Positions 1 to 9,766 of a stretch of 64,000 nucleotides of DNA are shown here, piece by piece. The notes under the pieces are model-generated. The model searched no databases and was not told the origin of the DNA. It saw nothing but the letters and a program-made list of their open reading frames with translations. Source of the DNA: an uncultured virus (IMG/VR IMGVR_UViG_3300020576_003687) (Duplodnaviria; Heunggongvirae; Uroviricota; Caudoviricetes); the IMG/VR virus record IMGVR_UViG_3300020576_003687. One strand, written 5' to 3'. Each line of letters begins with the position of its first letter. The stretch's first letter is position 1. The position numbers and the translations under genes were made by a program.

Positions 1-957
1 AGCAATTCAGATAAGCACATAATTGATTTTGTTGATAAATTTATATCTGAAAAAAATATAGGCTATAAAAATAAACAATCTTATTCATCAACAATATGTA
101 GAGACTTGAGAATATATTCAAAAACATTTATTGATAAACTAAAAAATGATATGAAGATTTTACCTTCACATGCTACAAATAAGGAAATATCAATAGGTAT
201 TAGGCAATCCACTAAAGAGTCCATGTCAATGTTTATTAGAGGTCTTTTTGAGACAGATGGATGGTGTTGTTATGAAAAATCAAAACCAACTCTTTGTATA
301 GCTTTTTCATCAAAGAAATTTATTGATCAACTACACGTTATGCTTTTGAATTATGGTATTGTTGCTCATCGTAGAGTAAAAAAGACAACCCATGCTGATT
401 CTCATATTTTAACCATATATAGAGATTATATACCAGTATTTATGAGAGAAATAGGATTTGATCCTAATGGTCATAAGTATCAAAAATTACAGAAAATAAT
501 GAAAGAATGTGAGGATATCGAACAAAATTCAAATTCAGATCTTATTCCCAATCAGCAAGAAAAAATAGCTCGTCTTAGGTGGTTATTTGCTAAAATAATT
601 GGATATAGAAATGTTCGAGATCATATGGAGTCTTTTTGCAAAGATGTTACTTATTCCACATTAAGAAGCTGGAGTCAGCCTAAGTCCTGGAGGTCTCCTT
701 CTCGTTCTTCTTTGATGAAATATATTCAATATGTTAAAAAAGAAACACCTCAAAGACAATATCAATATGAAAAAGATCATGCAATATTTAAGTATGCAGA
801 AGAAGCGATAAAACTTTGTGAATATTTTGAATATATTTGTAGAGAAGATTTCTTTTATGATAAAATTGAATCAATAGAAGATGATTGGACTGATAATTAT
901 GATTTTGTTGTTCCTAAAACTCATAGTTTTGTTGCTCAAGGTTTTATAAATCATAAT
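1..957 (+). mobile_element. Intein (C-terminal part) with LAGLIDADG endonuclease in SF2 helicase Walker A
   Basis: FIRGLFETDG endonuclease block; ends YDFVVPKTHSFVAQGFINHN followed by Thr (ACA at 958-960); visibly more AT-rich than the extein. Confidence 0.9.
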
Positions 958-2049
958 ACAGCTATTGGCGCTGGTATTATCCAAAAACTAAGCGCTGCTC
1001 CTTTTATCTTCTATGTAACTTCCAATGATTTGCTTAGACAGGCAAAAGACGAACTAGAAAAGTTCTTGCTCCAAAATGGAAGTTCGCTCAAGGTTGGTAG
1101 TATTGGTGGTGGTAAGTTTGATATCAAAGACGTAAATGTTCTTACTGTTCAAACGGCTATTAGAGCGGTCGGGGAAAAGTACCATAAGTTTGACGAGGAA
1201 GACGAAGTAGAAGACATTTCGGAAGAGCTTCAGCAGAAGAGAGAAGCAATAGCGTCTCTCATTCATAATGCGAAGGGAATCATTTGCGACGAAGTTCAGC
1301 ACTGGGCTGCTGAAACCTGTCAGATCTTGGCTGACCATTCTGTTAATGCTAGATTCCGTTTTGGACTCTCGGCGACACCTTGGCGAGATATGGGCGACGA
1401 TTTGCTCATTGATTCTTGTTTTGGTAAGCTTATTCATGAGATTAATGCGTCGTTCCTTATTCGTAAGGGAATCTTAGTCAAGCCAACTATTTACTTTGTT
1501 CATACTCGAAAGTCTATGGACGAAGATATCAACTATGCAACAGCCTATAAAGAAGGCATTGTTCAGAATGAAGAGCGTAACCTACTGATTGGTAATATTG
1601 CGCAGAACATGGTCAAAGAGGGCAGGCATGTCTTGATTCTTGTTCGCCACATTGAGCATGGCGAGCTTTTGGAGTCAATGATTCCTGATAGTTTCTTTGT
1701 TCATGGTAGTAAGGGTCATAAAGTTCGTCAAACTCATATTGATGATATGAGACTAAAAAAGGTTCCTGTTACTATTGCCACATCAATCTTTGACGAAGGC
1801 GTTGACGTTAAGCCTCTTGATGGTCTTATTCTTGCGGGTTCTGGAAAATCTCAAACCAGAGCTTTGCAAAGAATTGGGCGTGTAATCAGAACTTTTGAAG
1901 ATCCTGCTTCTGGCTTCGTGAAAAAGGATGCTTACATTGTCGATTTTCACGATAATATGAAGTACATGCTTGCCCATAGTAGAGCGCGTCGAAGAATCTA
2001 CGAAACTGAACCAGAATTCGTAATCAAAGATTTCAAGGGTACAACCTAA
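1..2049 (+). CDS. Superfamily II (UvsW/XPB-like) DNA helicase with intein; 5' end outside window
   Basis: Frame 1 is open from base 1. After the intein come the helicase motifs ICDEVQH (DExH), GLSATP, IATSIFDEGVDV and QRIGRVIR. Confidence 0.9.
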   Translation, partial: SNSDKHIIDFVDKFISEKNIGYKNKQSYSSTICRDLRIYSKTFIDKLKNDMKILPSHATNKEISIGIRQSTKESMSMFIRGLFETDGWCCYEKSKPTLCIAFSSKKFIDQLHVMLLNYGIVAHRRVKKTTHADSHILTIYRDYIPVFMREIGFDPNGHKYQKLQKIMKECEDIEQNSNSDLIPNQQEKIARLRWLFAKIIGYRNVRDHMESFCKDVTYSTLRSWSQPKSWRSPSRSSLMKYIQYVKKETPQRQYQYEKDHAIFKYAEEAIKLCEYFEYICREDFFYDKIESIEDDWTDNYDFVVPKTHSFVAQGFINHNTAIGAGIIQKLSAAPFIFYVTSNDLLRQAKDELEKFLLQNGSSLKVGSIGGGKFDIKDVNVLTVQTAIRAVGEKYHKFDEEDEVEDISEELQQKREAIASLIHNAKGIICDEVQHWAAETCQILADHSVNARFRFGLSATPWRDMGDDLLIDSCFGKLIHEINASFLIRKGILVKPTIYFVHTRKSMDEDINYATAYKEGIVQNEERNLLIGNIAQNMVKEGRHVLILVRHIEHGELLESMIPDSFFVHGSKGHKVRQTHIDDMRLKKVPVTIATSIFDEGVDVKPLDGLILAGSGKSQTRALQRIGRVIRTFEDPASGFVKKDAYIVDFHDNMKYMLAHSRARRRIYETEPEFVIKDFKGTT

Positions 2050-3174
2050 ATGGCTCGTAAAAATCGAGAACAGTTTGGTAACTTGTTTGCCGAAACCAAA
2101 GAAGAGCTTTTTGTTGAAAAGGCTTTGAATACTCAAGCTGATTTCAATAGTTTGAGCAATCCATACGTCGGTAACAAACGCAAAATTCTGGCAGATATTG
2201 CTATTGAGCTAAATAGCGAAGTTTCTTTTGATTCTTTTAGCTCGGTACTTGATTTGTTTGCTGGTTCTGCTGTCGTTGGAGCGTTCTTTAAGAAGTTTGG
2301 TAAAGAAGTTTACTCGAATGAGTTGCTTCGTTCTTCTTATATGAATGGTGTTTCTTTGACGCAGGGCTGGAATAGCAGGATTCCCGACGAAGATTGGGAA
2401 TTTCTAGTATCTAATAAGAATTCGAAGTCTGATTCCTTTATGGAAAAGACTCACGCAGGTTCTCGTTTGACTAATGCGGAAGCCGTCTTTATTGACAATT
2501 ACTTCGCAAACGTAGAAGAGTGCTTTGCAAATGACCATGTTAGAGCCTGTATTGCTCATTCGACAATGATGCAGTTTATTATGTCTCATTGTTTTGTAGG
2601 CGGTAGGCTTAATAGCGGGCAGATTATTGCGTCTCTTGAACATCGTTTACAGCATCAGAGAAACGATAACAGTGAAATGAACTTTAAGACAATGAAGCCT
2701 TTCTATTTTCCTTGCGAAGGGCCTCCGTCGATGTTCTTCAACAATGATGTCTTTGATTTTTGTAACTCGGTTGGTAGCGGTCGTAGTTTTGATCTAATTT
2801 ACATTGATCCTCCATATGGTGGACAACAAAGCGATTACGCTTTTATGTACCAGTTTTTAGAGGAATACTTAGCTAGGAAATCTTTCGAAGATATCGAATA
2901 CCTAAAGGTTGCTTCGAAGTCTTTTTCAAAAGCTAAAACTTATGAGGATCATTTCCGAAGGTTACTAGATAGTTTGGATTCAAATGCAACTTTGGCAATT
3001 AGTTACAATGATAGTAGCTGGGCCAAAATTGAGACGATTAAAGAGTTGGTAAGCGAGTTTAGGAAGAATGTAATAGTTAAGACAATGCAGTACGATTACA
3101 AGTATCGTTCAGCCGAAAACTCGTCAGGTGTAGAATATTTGATTATTGGTCAAAGCGATGCCCAAAAGAGGTAA
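2050..3174 (+). CDS. D12-class (Dam/FokI-like) DNA adenine methyltransferase
   Basis: NPYVGNKRKI, LDLFAGSA (motif I), LIYIDPPY (motif IV). Confidence 0.85.
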   Translation: MARKNREQFGNLFAETKEELFVEKALNTQADFNSLSNPYVGNKRKILADIAIELNSEVSFDSFSSVLDLFAGSAVVGAFFKKFGKEVYSNELLRSSYMNGVSLTQGWNSRIPDEDWEFLVSNKNSKSDSFMEKTHAGSRLTNAEAVFIDNYFANVEECFANDHVRACIAHSTMMQFIMSHCFVGGRLNSGQIIASLEHRLQHQRNDNSEMNFKTMKPFYFPCEGPPSMFFNNDVFDFCNSVGSGRSFDLIYIDPPYGGQQSDYAFMYQFLEEYLARKSFEDIEYLKVASKSFSKAKTYEDHFRRLLDSLDSNATLAISYNDSSWAKIETIKELVSEFRKNVIVKTMQYDYKYRSAENSSGVEYLIIGQSDAQKR

Positions 3175-3178
3175 GAAA

Positions 3179-4042
3179 ATGCAGACAGAAACAAAAGACT
3201 TTATGGGTGATATTCTTGCGCAAAGTCAAAAGGACGCCAGTAAGGGGATTAGTCCTAAAGCTAAGAAGAAGAATAGCCTTCTTGATATCATTGGAGAAGA
3301 CGAGCTTGAAATTGTAGACGGACCAACTACTACTAAGAACACTAGCGGTCAGAAGACTGGCGTTTGTAAATGGAAAGATATAAAGACTTCAAAGGGCTTT
3401 AATACTATTCATCCAGATCTCTGGACTGATAAGGCGATGTTTAATTATCTTCGCTATCTCTGTATAAAGAAAGACAAGCGCCTCGGAGATAAAATTACTG
3501 TTACAATTGGCCCTGCGATTCATGCTCGTTTTACAAAGCGGATCAAAGAGGAGCTTGAAAGAAGGTTATCCGCTCCGCCGTCAAATTCAATAGTAAAGAC
3601 CTACATAGAATGGTTTATTGAAGAGGAGCTAAATGTTGAGGCTTTTGATTTGTATGACTTCTGTTCTCGTAGGGCTTCTCAGAAGTTTGTAAGTCTCAAT
3701 AAGCATAAGGAAGTTCAAGGCGTTGCGCTTGGAAACAGAATTGATCTATCGAAGATTGAAGAGTATTACAACTCTGGCGGTGTCGCATTTCTTATGAACT
3801 ATGGGATTGTTGTTTGTTTTTCATGGTTGCTCTCGAATAGGGGTTTGTCTCCTAAAGAAAGCAGAGAAGTAATACAGAGCTTTTATCAAGACGCAACAAA
3901 GTCAGGACCAGCATTTGTTGAGCGAATCAAAGACATAACAAAGAAAATGTCTCCGTATGCAGAGAAGCATTATGACCCACAGTTGGACGCATTACTCAAG
4001 AGTTTGGCGATAAACGGGATATCTTTTGTTTCGAAGGATTAA
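3179..4042 (+). CDS. Hypothetical protein
   Basis: Long ORF; ATG 3179 follows GAGGT (alternative starts 3146/3158); no recognised motif. Confidence 0.6.
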   Translation: MQTETKDFMGDILAQSQKDASKGISPKAKKKNSLLDIIGEDELEIVDGPTTTKNTSGQKTGVCKWKDIKTSKGFNTIHPDLWTDKAMFNYLRYLCIKKDKRLGDKITVTIGPAIHARFTKRIKEELERRLSAPPSNSIVKTYIEWFIEEELNVEAFDLYDFCSRRASQKFVSLNKHKEVQGVALGNRIDLSKIEEYYNSGGVAFLMNYGIVVCFSWLLSNRGLSPKESREVIQSFYQDATKSGPAFVERIKDITKKMSPYAEKHYDPQLDALLKSLAINGISFVSKD

Positions 4043-4052
4043 GGAGCTTATT

Positions 4053-4589
4053 GTGACTGGCAGGATTTTTGCGAATGAAGAGATTTTTGGTTACTCCGTA
4101 ATTGTTATTGACGAAAACGGGGTCAGCAAGGGAGAGACTAACAAGAGATTTGCAATCTCCCAAGCGAAGGAACGAGGTTTCGATCTTGTTCAGGTTTCAA
4201 AGAATGATAAGGGCATTCCTGTTTGTAAGTTTGCAGATCTTGGCAAGCTTAAGTTCGAAGCTTCAAAGAAAAAGCATAACAGTAAGCCTACTGAAACAAA
4301 AGAGATGATGTTTCACTTGAAAACGGGAGAACACGATATTCAAGTGAAAAAGACGAAGATTAGAGGCATGCTTGAAAAGAAGTGTCTTGTTAAGTTTGGA
4401 ATCGAGCTAAAGGGAAGAGAAAGAGCATTTATCGCAAATGCGAAAGAACTTCTCAATAAGGCGGTGTCTGACCTTGGCGATGTCGCAAAATGGGACGAAT
4501 TAAAGGTCACAGACAACATAGTTTTTGTAATACTCAAACCACTAAGAGAGCATGTTCATGTCGAAGGGTCAAGTCAAGATAAGCTCTAG
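4053..4589 (+). CDS. infC: Translation initiation factor IF-3
   Basis: NEEI..V.VIDENG..G.....A...A.ERGFDLVQV....PVCK..DLGK.KFE and KEM.F.....EHD...K....L.K...VK..I..KGRE match both IF3 domains. SD AAGGAG 4041-4046 precedes ATT (4050) and GTG (4053). Confidence 0.9.
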   Translation: MTGRIFANEEIFGYSVIVIDENGVSKGETNKRFAISQAKERGFDLVQVSKNDKGIPVCKFADLGKLKFEASKKKHNSKPTETKEMMFHLKTGEHDIQVKKTKIRGMLEKKCLVKFGIELKGRERAFIANAKELLNKAVSDLGDVAKWDELKVTDNIVFVILKPLREHVHVEGSSQDKL

Positions 4590-5883
4590 TATTGCGGGAA
4601 TTGGCGGCAAGTCTTTTCTGCATGATATTTACGGGAACAGTTATCGAGTTTCCGAGTTACCAACCATTCTTGAAAAAGGCAGTTTACAAGTAATTGGTTT
4701 TGACCAGGAAACTTGGCAATCAAAGATTGTTCGAATTCAGTCTTGCGTTGAAGGGAAGCCTTCTAAATTGACCAAGATACAAAGCTGTGGTTCTTTTCTT
4801 GAACTACAGCAGGATTGCATGGTTTATGTTAATGAAAATGGAGAGTTGAATAAGGCGTCTGCTGGTGAGCTTGTCGCAGGCGATTTGCTTTTGATGCCGA
4901 AGTTTCTCTCTTTTCGAGAGAATAACTTTCAAATTGAAAACGTCTTTCCAAAGAAAAGGAAGGGTTCGCTTATAAAGCAAAGGGTTGGAGGTAAGCTTCA
5001 TGAGGCGGACGCTTCTATGTCCATCACTTTTTTGATGGGACTTGCATTTGCTGCTGGCCTTATTGATTGTAAAGGAACTTATAATATTGAGACTGGCGAT
5101 ATTCTTTTCAGCACGCCTAACAAGATTGTAAATAACATATTTGCACATCTTATATCTTCAAACTTCCTTGTTGAACCAGAGATCAATTGGAATTTGGTCA
5201 GGGTTCAAAATAAGGTTGTTGCCATGTTGATTGACTCTTTCTTGAAAGAGGTTGCATCTCAGAATGAAGAGATTATAGCGAACTATCTTGCTGGATATTT
5301 TCATGCAAGTAACACTTTCGGCTTTATTGATAAGGCAAAACTTAAGCCTTGTATTTCTCTTCATCGTGGCAGCGAAGTTTCTTCTGATAGACTTTGCAAG
5401 TGTTTGCTTACGATTGGCGTAGTGCCTTTCATGTCTAATTCTTCTTACATAATCATTGATAGCGGTCATATCGAAACTTTCTTTAGCTCCATACCTTATC
5501 TAATCAAATCCCTTGTTATGAAGGTTGATGATTATATGACAGAGCTTACAAGCAGACCCATTCCTGCTGTTGATTTGTTGGGTTATAAATTCGGTAAGTC
5601 TCTTTCAAATATCAAGAAAGACGTAGGGATGGCTGCTGAGAAATACGAAAAGCTCGCTCTCTTTGAACAGGATAATGTTGTTATGAATCACGACATGGCT
5701 GCTGATTTGAACAAGTATATCAAGAAAAAGAGTAAGCAATCTTCTCTATCAAAACTTGTTGAATCCTCTGTTGTAGGAATCAAAGTTTGTAGCATAGAAA
5801 ACACTCCAGTAGAAAAGACATTTACAATAACGTGCGACGATAGTTGTGGTATCTTTTTGAACAACATTCTTTGCTCTTGCTGA
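4552..5883 (+). CDS. Stand-alone degenerate intein-like (Hint + LAGLIDADG) protein
   Basis: N-terminal Hint-like blocks ending ASAGELVAGDLLLMP; LAGLIDADG-like FAAGLIDCKG and YLAGYFHASN; C-terminal VCSIENTPVEKTFTITCDDSCGIFLNNILCSC resembles intein blocks F/G; no exteins. Confidence 0.7.
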   Translation: MFMSKGQVKISSSIAGIGGKSFLHDIYGNSYRVSELPTILEKGSLQVIGFDQETWQSKIVRIQSCVEGKPSKLTKIQSCGSFLELQQDCMVYVNENGELNKASAGELVAGDLLLMPKFLSFRENNFQIENVFPKKRKGSLIKQRVGGKLHEADASMSITFLMGLAFAAGLIDCKGTYNIETGDILFSTPNKIVNNIFAHLISSNFLVEPEINWNLVRVQNKVVAMLIDSFLKEVASQNEEIIANYLAGYFHASNTFGFIDKAKLKPCISLHRGSEVSSDRLCKCLLTIGVVPFMSNSSYIIIDSGHIETFFSSIPYLIKSLVMKVDDYMTELTSRPIPAVDLLGYKFGKSLSNIKKDVGMAAEKYEKLALFEQDNVVMNHDMAADLNKYIKKKSKQSSLSKLVESSVVGIKVCSIENTPVEKTFTITCDDSCGIFLNNILCSC

Positions 5884-5915
5884 TTGTGATTTCCTGCAAC
5901 GGCTAGGTTGTTTTT

Positions 5916-5932
5916 GTCGAGAATACCATATG
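5916..5932 (+). promoter_or_regulatory. Putative -10 element GTCGA-N9-ATG (leaderless start)
   Basis: GTCGA at 5916-5920, 9 nt, ATG at 5930; no SD; same geometry recurs elsewhere in the window. Confidence 0.5.
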
Positions 5933-6790
5933 TCTGATTTAACTGCAATCATACGCAAGTACAGGTTCTATTTGTATCAAACCGCAGGGGAAGATTCAAA
6001 TGGTAATCCTTCTTTTTGCAAGAACTATATCGGAGCGGACCAGTGTAGTAGACCTAACGGTTGTCTTTGTAGAAAACTCGCAGAAATCAAAGGCAATATT
6101 GAGTATACGATACCCGAGCAATACAGAGAACTAAGCATCCAAAATCTAACCGGAATGGTTGTTGATAAAAATAAGAACCTTCAATCCGTTTGGAGTAACG
6201 AGGACCGAGTTAGGATACAAAACGATCTTCGTAAGTATCTGTTTGACGGTGAAGAGATAGCTAGGCTCTCAACCAGAGAGGCCATGAATAAAGCTTCTAA
6301 GATGGATACCCGTTTTAATGACGGCGATAATGTCGTTATTCACGGAGACGCTATTCGTTTGAAGCTTGGGGCTTCTTCTCGTTCGTTGCCTGCTGGTAAG
6401 ACGCTCATTGCGAGCCTTATCATAAAAGAAGCTATATGGAGAAGGCTTTACGCTTCTAATCGAGCAGACACATATTCGATGGTATCGTTTCATACCCTCA
6501 AGCAAGATCTAAAGCAAAAGACAGATAAAGCCAATGATTTGAAAGAATGCGATTGGCTTGTTATCGACGATATAACTTTGCCTGCGAATGAGCTTGATTT
6601 CAACTATCAGTCCTTTGTTGCTTTATTCGAAAGTTTCTTGATAACAAGACTTGAAAATAAGTTACCAACCATTCTGATTTGCGATTTTGATGTTGAGTCC
6701 CAGGACTATAGCAAGTTCATGGGTTATGCATTTCAGAAAATCATTTCTGCGAATAATACATGGCTGATAAAGGTTGGGGGACAAGGATGA
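5930..6790 (+). CDS. DnaC/DnaI-like helicase loader (AAA+ ATPase)
   Basis: Cys-rich N-terminus, IP..Y...S motif, VVIHG...AGKT (Walker A with insertion), CDWLVIDD (Walker B), RLENKLPTIL; directly upstream of DnaB. Confidence 0.7.
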   Translation: MSDLTAIIRKYRFYLYQTAGEDSNGNPSFCKNYIGADQCSRPNGCLCRKLAEIKGNIEYTIPEQYRELSIQNLTGMVVDKNKNLQSVWSNEDRVRIQNDLRKYLFDGEEIARLSTREAMNKASKMDTRFNDGDNVVIHGDAIRLKLGASSRSLPAGKTLIASLIIKEAIWRRLYASNRADTYSMVSFHTLKQDLKQKTDKANDLKECDWLVIDDITLPANELDFNYQSFVALFESFLITRLENKLPTILICDFDVESQDYSKFMGYAFQKIISANNTWLIKVGGQG

Positions 6791-8379
6791 TTACAGACGC
6801 AGAAGCTCAGCAAAAATTACTCAACATAGTGGTCAATAAACAAGAGTTTATACCTGATTTTCTATCTGAACAAATTGGTACTGAATACTTTGACACGAAA
6901 TACAGACCCTTTGTTAGAGGCATAGAACAGTCTTATCAAGATTCTCAAGCGTTTACTGAAGAGTATTACAGCGATTTTATATCGAAATCTGTTGCAAACG
7001 GTGATTACAACAAGTGGACTGGTAGCGAGGTTTCGAGTCAAAAAATTGCAGTTGGTAATGAAAAGGACATATATACTGGTATAAAGAACTTTGAGAAGAC
7101 TGATTCGGCTGACTTTCCTCTTATGTGCAGGAGAGTTAGAGAAAGCTTCATTCGTCAAAAGTCTGTCAAGTTTATAGAGAAGTTTAGCGCCAACAAAGGT
7201 CAAGATTGGATTGGTTCGCTTTCTTCTCTTACAGAAGAGCTTACCATACTAACCTCGAACTCAATTGATGGCAAGACTGCCTCTTGGGATACCGTTGCTG
7301 AATACGGAGACGATTGGTATGCGGAGCTAGAGAACGAGATAACGAATCCAAAGAAGGTTCTGCAAACTGGAATAAAGCCTTTTGACGAGACAATGCCGAT
7401 GGGTTTGGATATCGGCGCGCTTACTCTCATTGTTGCTGACGTTGGCGGATTTAAGTCCGCAACAATGATCAATATTGCATTGAATGTCTGTAGAGATTCT
7501 CAGGAAGATGTTCTTTATGTTTCGCTTGAAATGCCTAAAGCCAGATTGATGCAGAGAATCATGGCTAGGGAGGCTAATGTTCATTCTGAGAAAATTGGCA
7601 AGCCTAGTTTGCTTTCGCCGCCAGAAAAGGAAAGGCTCAAGAAGGCTAATGAAGAGTTCAAGAAGATAAGTTCTAAGTTTGCCATTCTTGACGCTCAAGA
7701 GAGAATGACCGTATCTAAGATTAGGGCGGAGCTTGAGAAGCGCAAGCATTTCTTCAGACCAAGACTTGTTGTAATTGACTACATTTCTATTCTTAGCCCT
7801 GAGCCTTGGTATCAGAGACTTGCCGAGCATAGCTGGTATGGTCAGATGTGCAAAGACCTTAGGCAGCTTGGTAGGAAGATGGGTTTCTCTGTTTTGTCTG
7901 CTGTACAGTTGAATAGAGAGGCTATCAAGTCTCTTCGCAATCAAAAGGACGGCAAGCAAACTGTTGGCTCAGACGCTCTTAGAGGTTCTCATGATTTCTC
8001 AGCAGACGCTGATAATATCTTTGTTCAGTTTCCTCATCCTGATAGGCCAAAAGAGAAGCTTTATCTTGTATGCGTAAAGTCCCGTTACGGTTCAACGATG
8101 TTCGGCCAATACAAAGACAAATCAAAGGCGGATCTTGAAGTTAATCCTCATATTGGCAAGATCTATTCAACTGTTGAGGCTACGTTTGATTTTGGAGATC
8201 CAGAGGCTTCAGGTTTGATTAAGAAAGCAGAAGATGCTGTAATCAAGAATCCTGACCTTGACCTTTCCTTTGAACCAGAAGCGCCTCAACCCATGCTCAG
8301 TAGGGGCGAAGTAAAGAATCCCGCAAAGAGCGCAACAAAGGGTGTTTTGAATAGTGTAGCAAACTTGGATTTTAGTTAA
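6787..8379 (+). CDS. dnaB: DnaB-like replicative helicase
   Basis: LQTGIKPFD, ADVGGFKS, LYVSLEM, LVVIDYI, SAVQLNR, LRGS.D...DAD, KSRYG. Confidence 0.88.
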   Translation: MITDAEAQQKLLNIVVNKQEFIPDFLSEQIGTEYFDTKYRPFVRGIEQSYQDSQAFTEEYYSDFISKSVANGDYNKWTGSEVSSQKIAVGNEKDIYTGIKNFEKTDSADFPLMCRRVRESFIRQKSVKFIEKFSANKGQDWIGSLSSLTEELTILTSNSIDGKTASWDTVAEYGDDWYAELENEITNPKKVLQTGIKPFDETMPMGLDIGALTLIVADVGGFKSATMINIALNVCRDSQEDVLYVSLEMPKARLMQRIMAREANVHSEKIGKPSLLSPPEKERLKKANEEFKKISSKFAILDAQERMTVSKIRAELEKRKHFFRPRLVVIDYISILSPEPWYQRLAEHSWYGQMCKDLRQLGRKMGFSVLSAVQLNREAIKSLRNQKDGKQTVGSDALRGSHDFSADADNIFVQFPHPDRPKEKLYLVCVKSRYGSTMFGQYKDKSKADLEVNPHIGKIYSTVEATFDFGDPEASGLIKKAEDAVIKNPDLDLSFEPEAPQPMLSRGEVKNPAKSATKGVLNSVANLDFS

Positions 8380-8380
8380 T

Positions 8381-9016
8381 ATGAATGCGATACTTGATAC
8401 AATTTCAAAATCAGTCAAGATAACTGATTATCTTGCTCTTAAGGGCATACAGTGGCAAAGTCATGACGCTGAGAGGTACAAGTATCGTTGCCCTTTGCCT
8501 ACGCATGCTAATGATAACACGCCCTCATTCTTTGTATTTGACAAGCCAAATGGACAGGACTATTACTGCTTTGGATGCAAGAGCGCTGGTAATATCATAC
8601 AGTTGGTTTCTGCTTATGAGCAGATAACTCTTAGAGAAAGCATAGAAAAGTTATCGTCAGGACTAAATATAAGCCTAGACGATATTGTTGACTCTATTGT
8701 TAGAGAACTTGTTATATACTCAGAAAGCGGAGGTAAAACTGATAAAACGGAATCAATTATTGCCGCCGATCTATTTGTCAGTAATCATATGTACAATTTC
8801 CTGTCAAAGGTTGGTTTCAACGCCAAAGACCTAGAAATAGCGGAAAAGGTCTACAAGGTTGTGGATTCCTATATTCTTGTTGAAAGAGTAGACGATCTAG
8901 AGAAGCTTGTAAAGGCTCTTCCTGCGAGAACAAAATCAAGGTATGAGATTTACATGGCTGAAAAGAAGCAAGAAGAGATAGACAGACTTAGAGGCCCCAA
9001 GAAGAATGAAATATGA
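8381..9016 (+). CDS. Primase-type CHC2 zinc-finger protein without TOPRIM domain
   Basis: CPLPTH..DNTPSF.V......YYCFGCKSAGNIIQLV...E..TLRESIEKL is the DnaG zinc-binding domain, followed only by a helical tail. Confidence 0.85.
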   Translation: MNAILDTISKSVKITDYLALKGIQWQSHDAERYKYRCPLPTHANDNTPSFFVFDKPNGQDYYCFGCKSAGNIIQLVSAYEQITLRESIEKLSSGLNISLDDIVDSIVRELVIYSESGGKTDKTESIIAADLFVSNHMYNFLSKVGFNAKDLEIAEKVYKVVDSYILVERVDDLEKLVKALPARTKSRYEIYMAEKKQEEIDRLRGPKKNEI

Positions 9017-9764
9017 ACTTCATAATACTGACTGTCTTGGCCTGGTAACGGAGCCTGTTGATTTAGTGTATCTAGATCCGCCTTATAGCTGTGAATCTGA
9101 AGACGAATACTATGGAGTTGGTTCGTCTTTCGACGAGTTTGTTTCTTATATGGCTGACAGGCTGAATGCCATTAAGAAGCTAATGAAGAAAGATTCGAAT
9201 ATTGTAGTTCATATGGATTACAAGGCGATACATTATGTCAAAGTTTCAATGGATAAGATTTTTGGAAGGGATAGCTTCAGGAACGAAATTATATGGGGCT
9301 TTAGTAATCCTGCAAGCGCTAAGAGATGGCTCCCTAGGAAGCATCATACGATCCTATGGTATGGACTCGGAGAGTATGTATTTAACCAACCCAGGGTTCC
9401 ATATAAAACCAAGATGAATGTCGGAGGGGCTGCTGCTTGGTCGAAAGAAAAAATTCCTTGGGAACATTACGAACAGAGAGGTAAGCTTCTTGAGGATTGG
9501 TGGGTTGATATTCCTGCAATATGCAGGAATGAGCCGGAAAAGAACGGGTATGCAACTCAAAAGCCTCTTAAGCTCATGGAGAGAGTAGTTACTATATGGA
9601 GCAATCCTGGGGATAGAGTTTTGGACCCATTTTGCGGTAGCGGTAGTTTTTTAGAAGCAGCGTTAGCGGCTAAAAGATTCCCTGTTGGAAGCGATAAGAA
9701 CCCTAAAGCGATTGCTTTAGCAAAGCAAAGACTAGATGTAGTAAAAGATATATTCTCGGAGTAA
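9006..9764 (+). CDS. Beta-class N6A/N4C DNA methyltransferase
   Basis: LVYLDPPY, YATQKPLKLMERVV, VLDPFCGSGS. Confidence 0.9.
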   Translation: MKYELHNTDCLGLVTEPVDLVYLDPPYSCESEDEYYGVGSSFDEFVSYMADRLNAIKKLMKKDSNIVVHMDYKAIHYVKVSMDKIFGRDSFRNEIIWGFSNPASAKRWLPRKHHTILWYGLGEYVFNQPRVPYKTKMNVGGAAAWSKEKIPWEHYEQRGKLLEDWWVDIPAICRNEPEKNGYATQKPLKLMERVVTIWSNPGDRVLDPFCGSGSFLEAALAAKRFPVGSDKNPKAIALAKQRLDVVKDIFSE

Positions 9765-9766
9765 TC

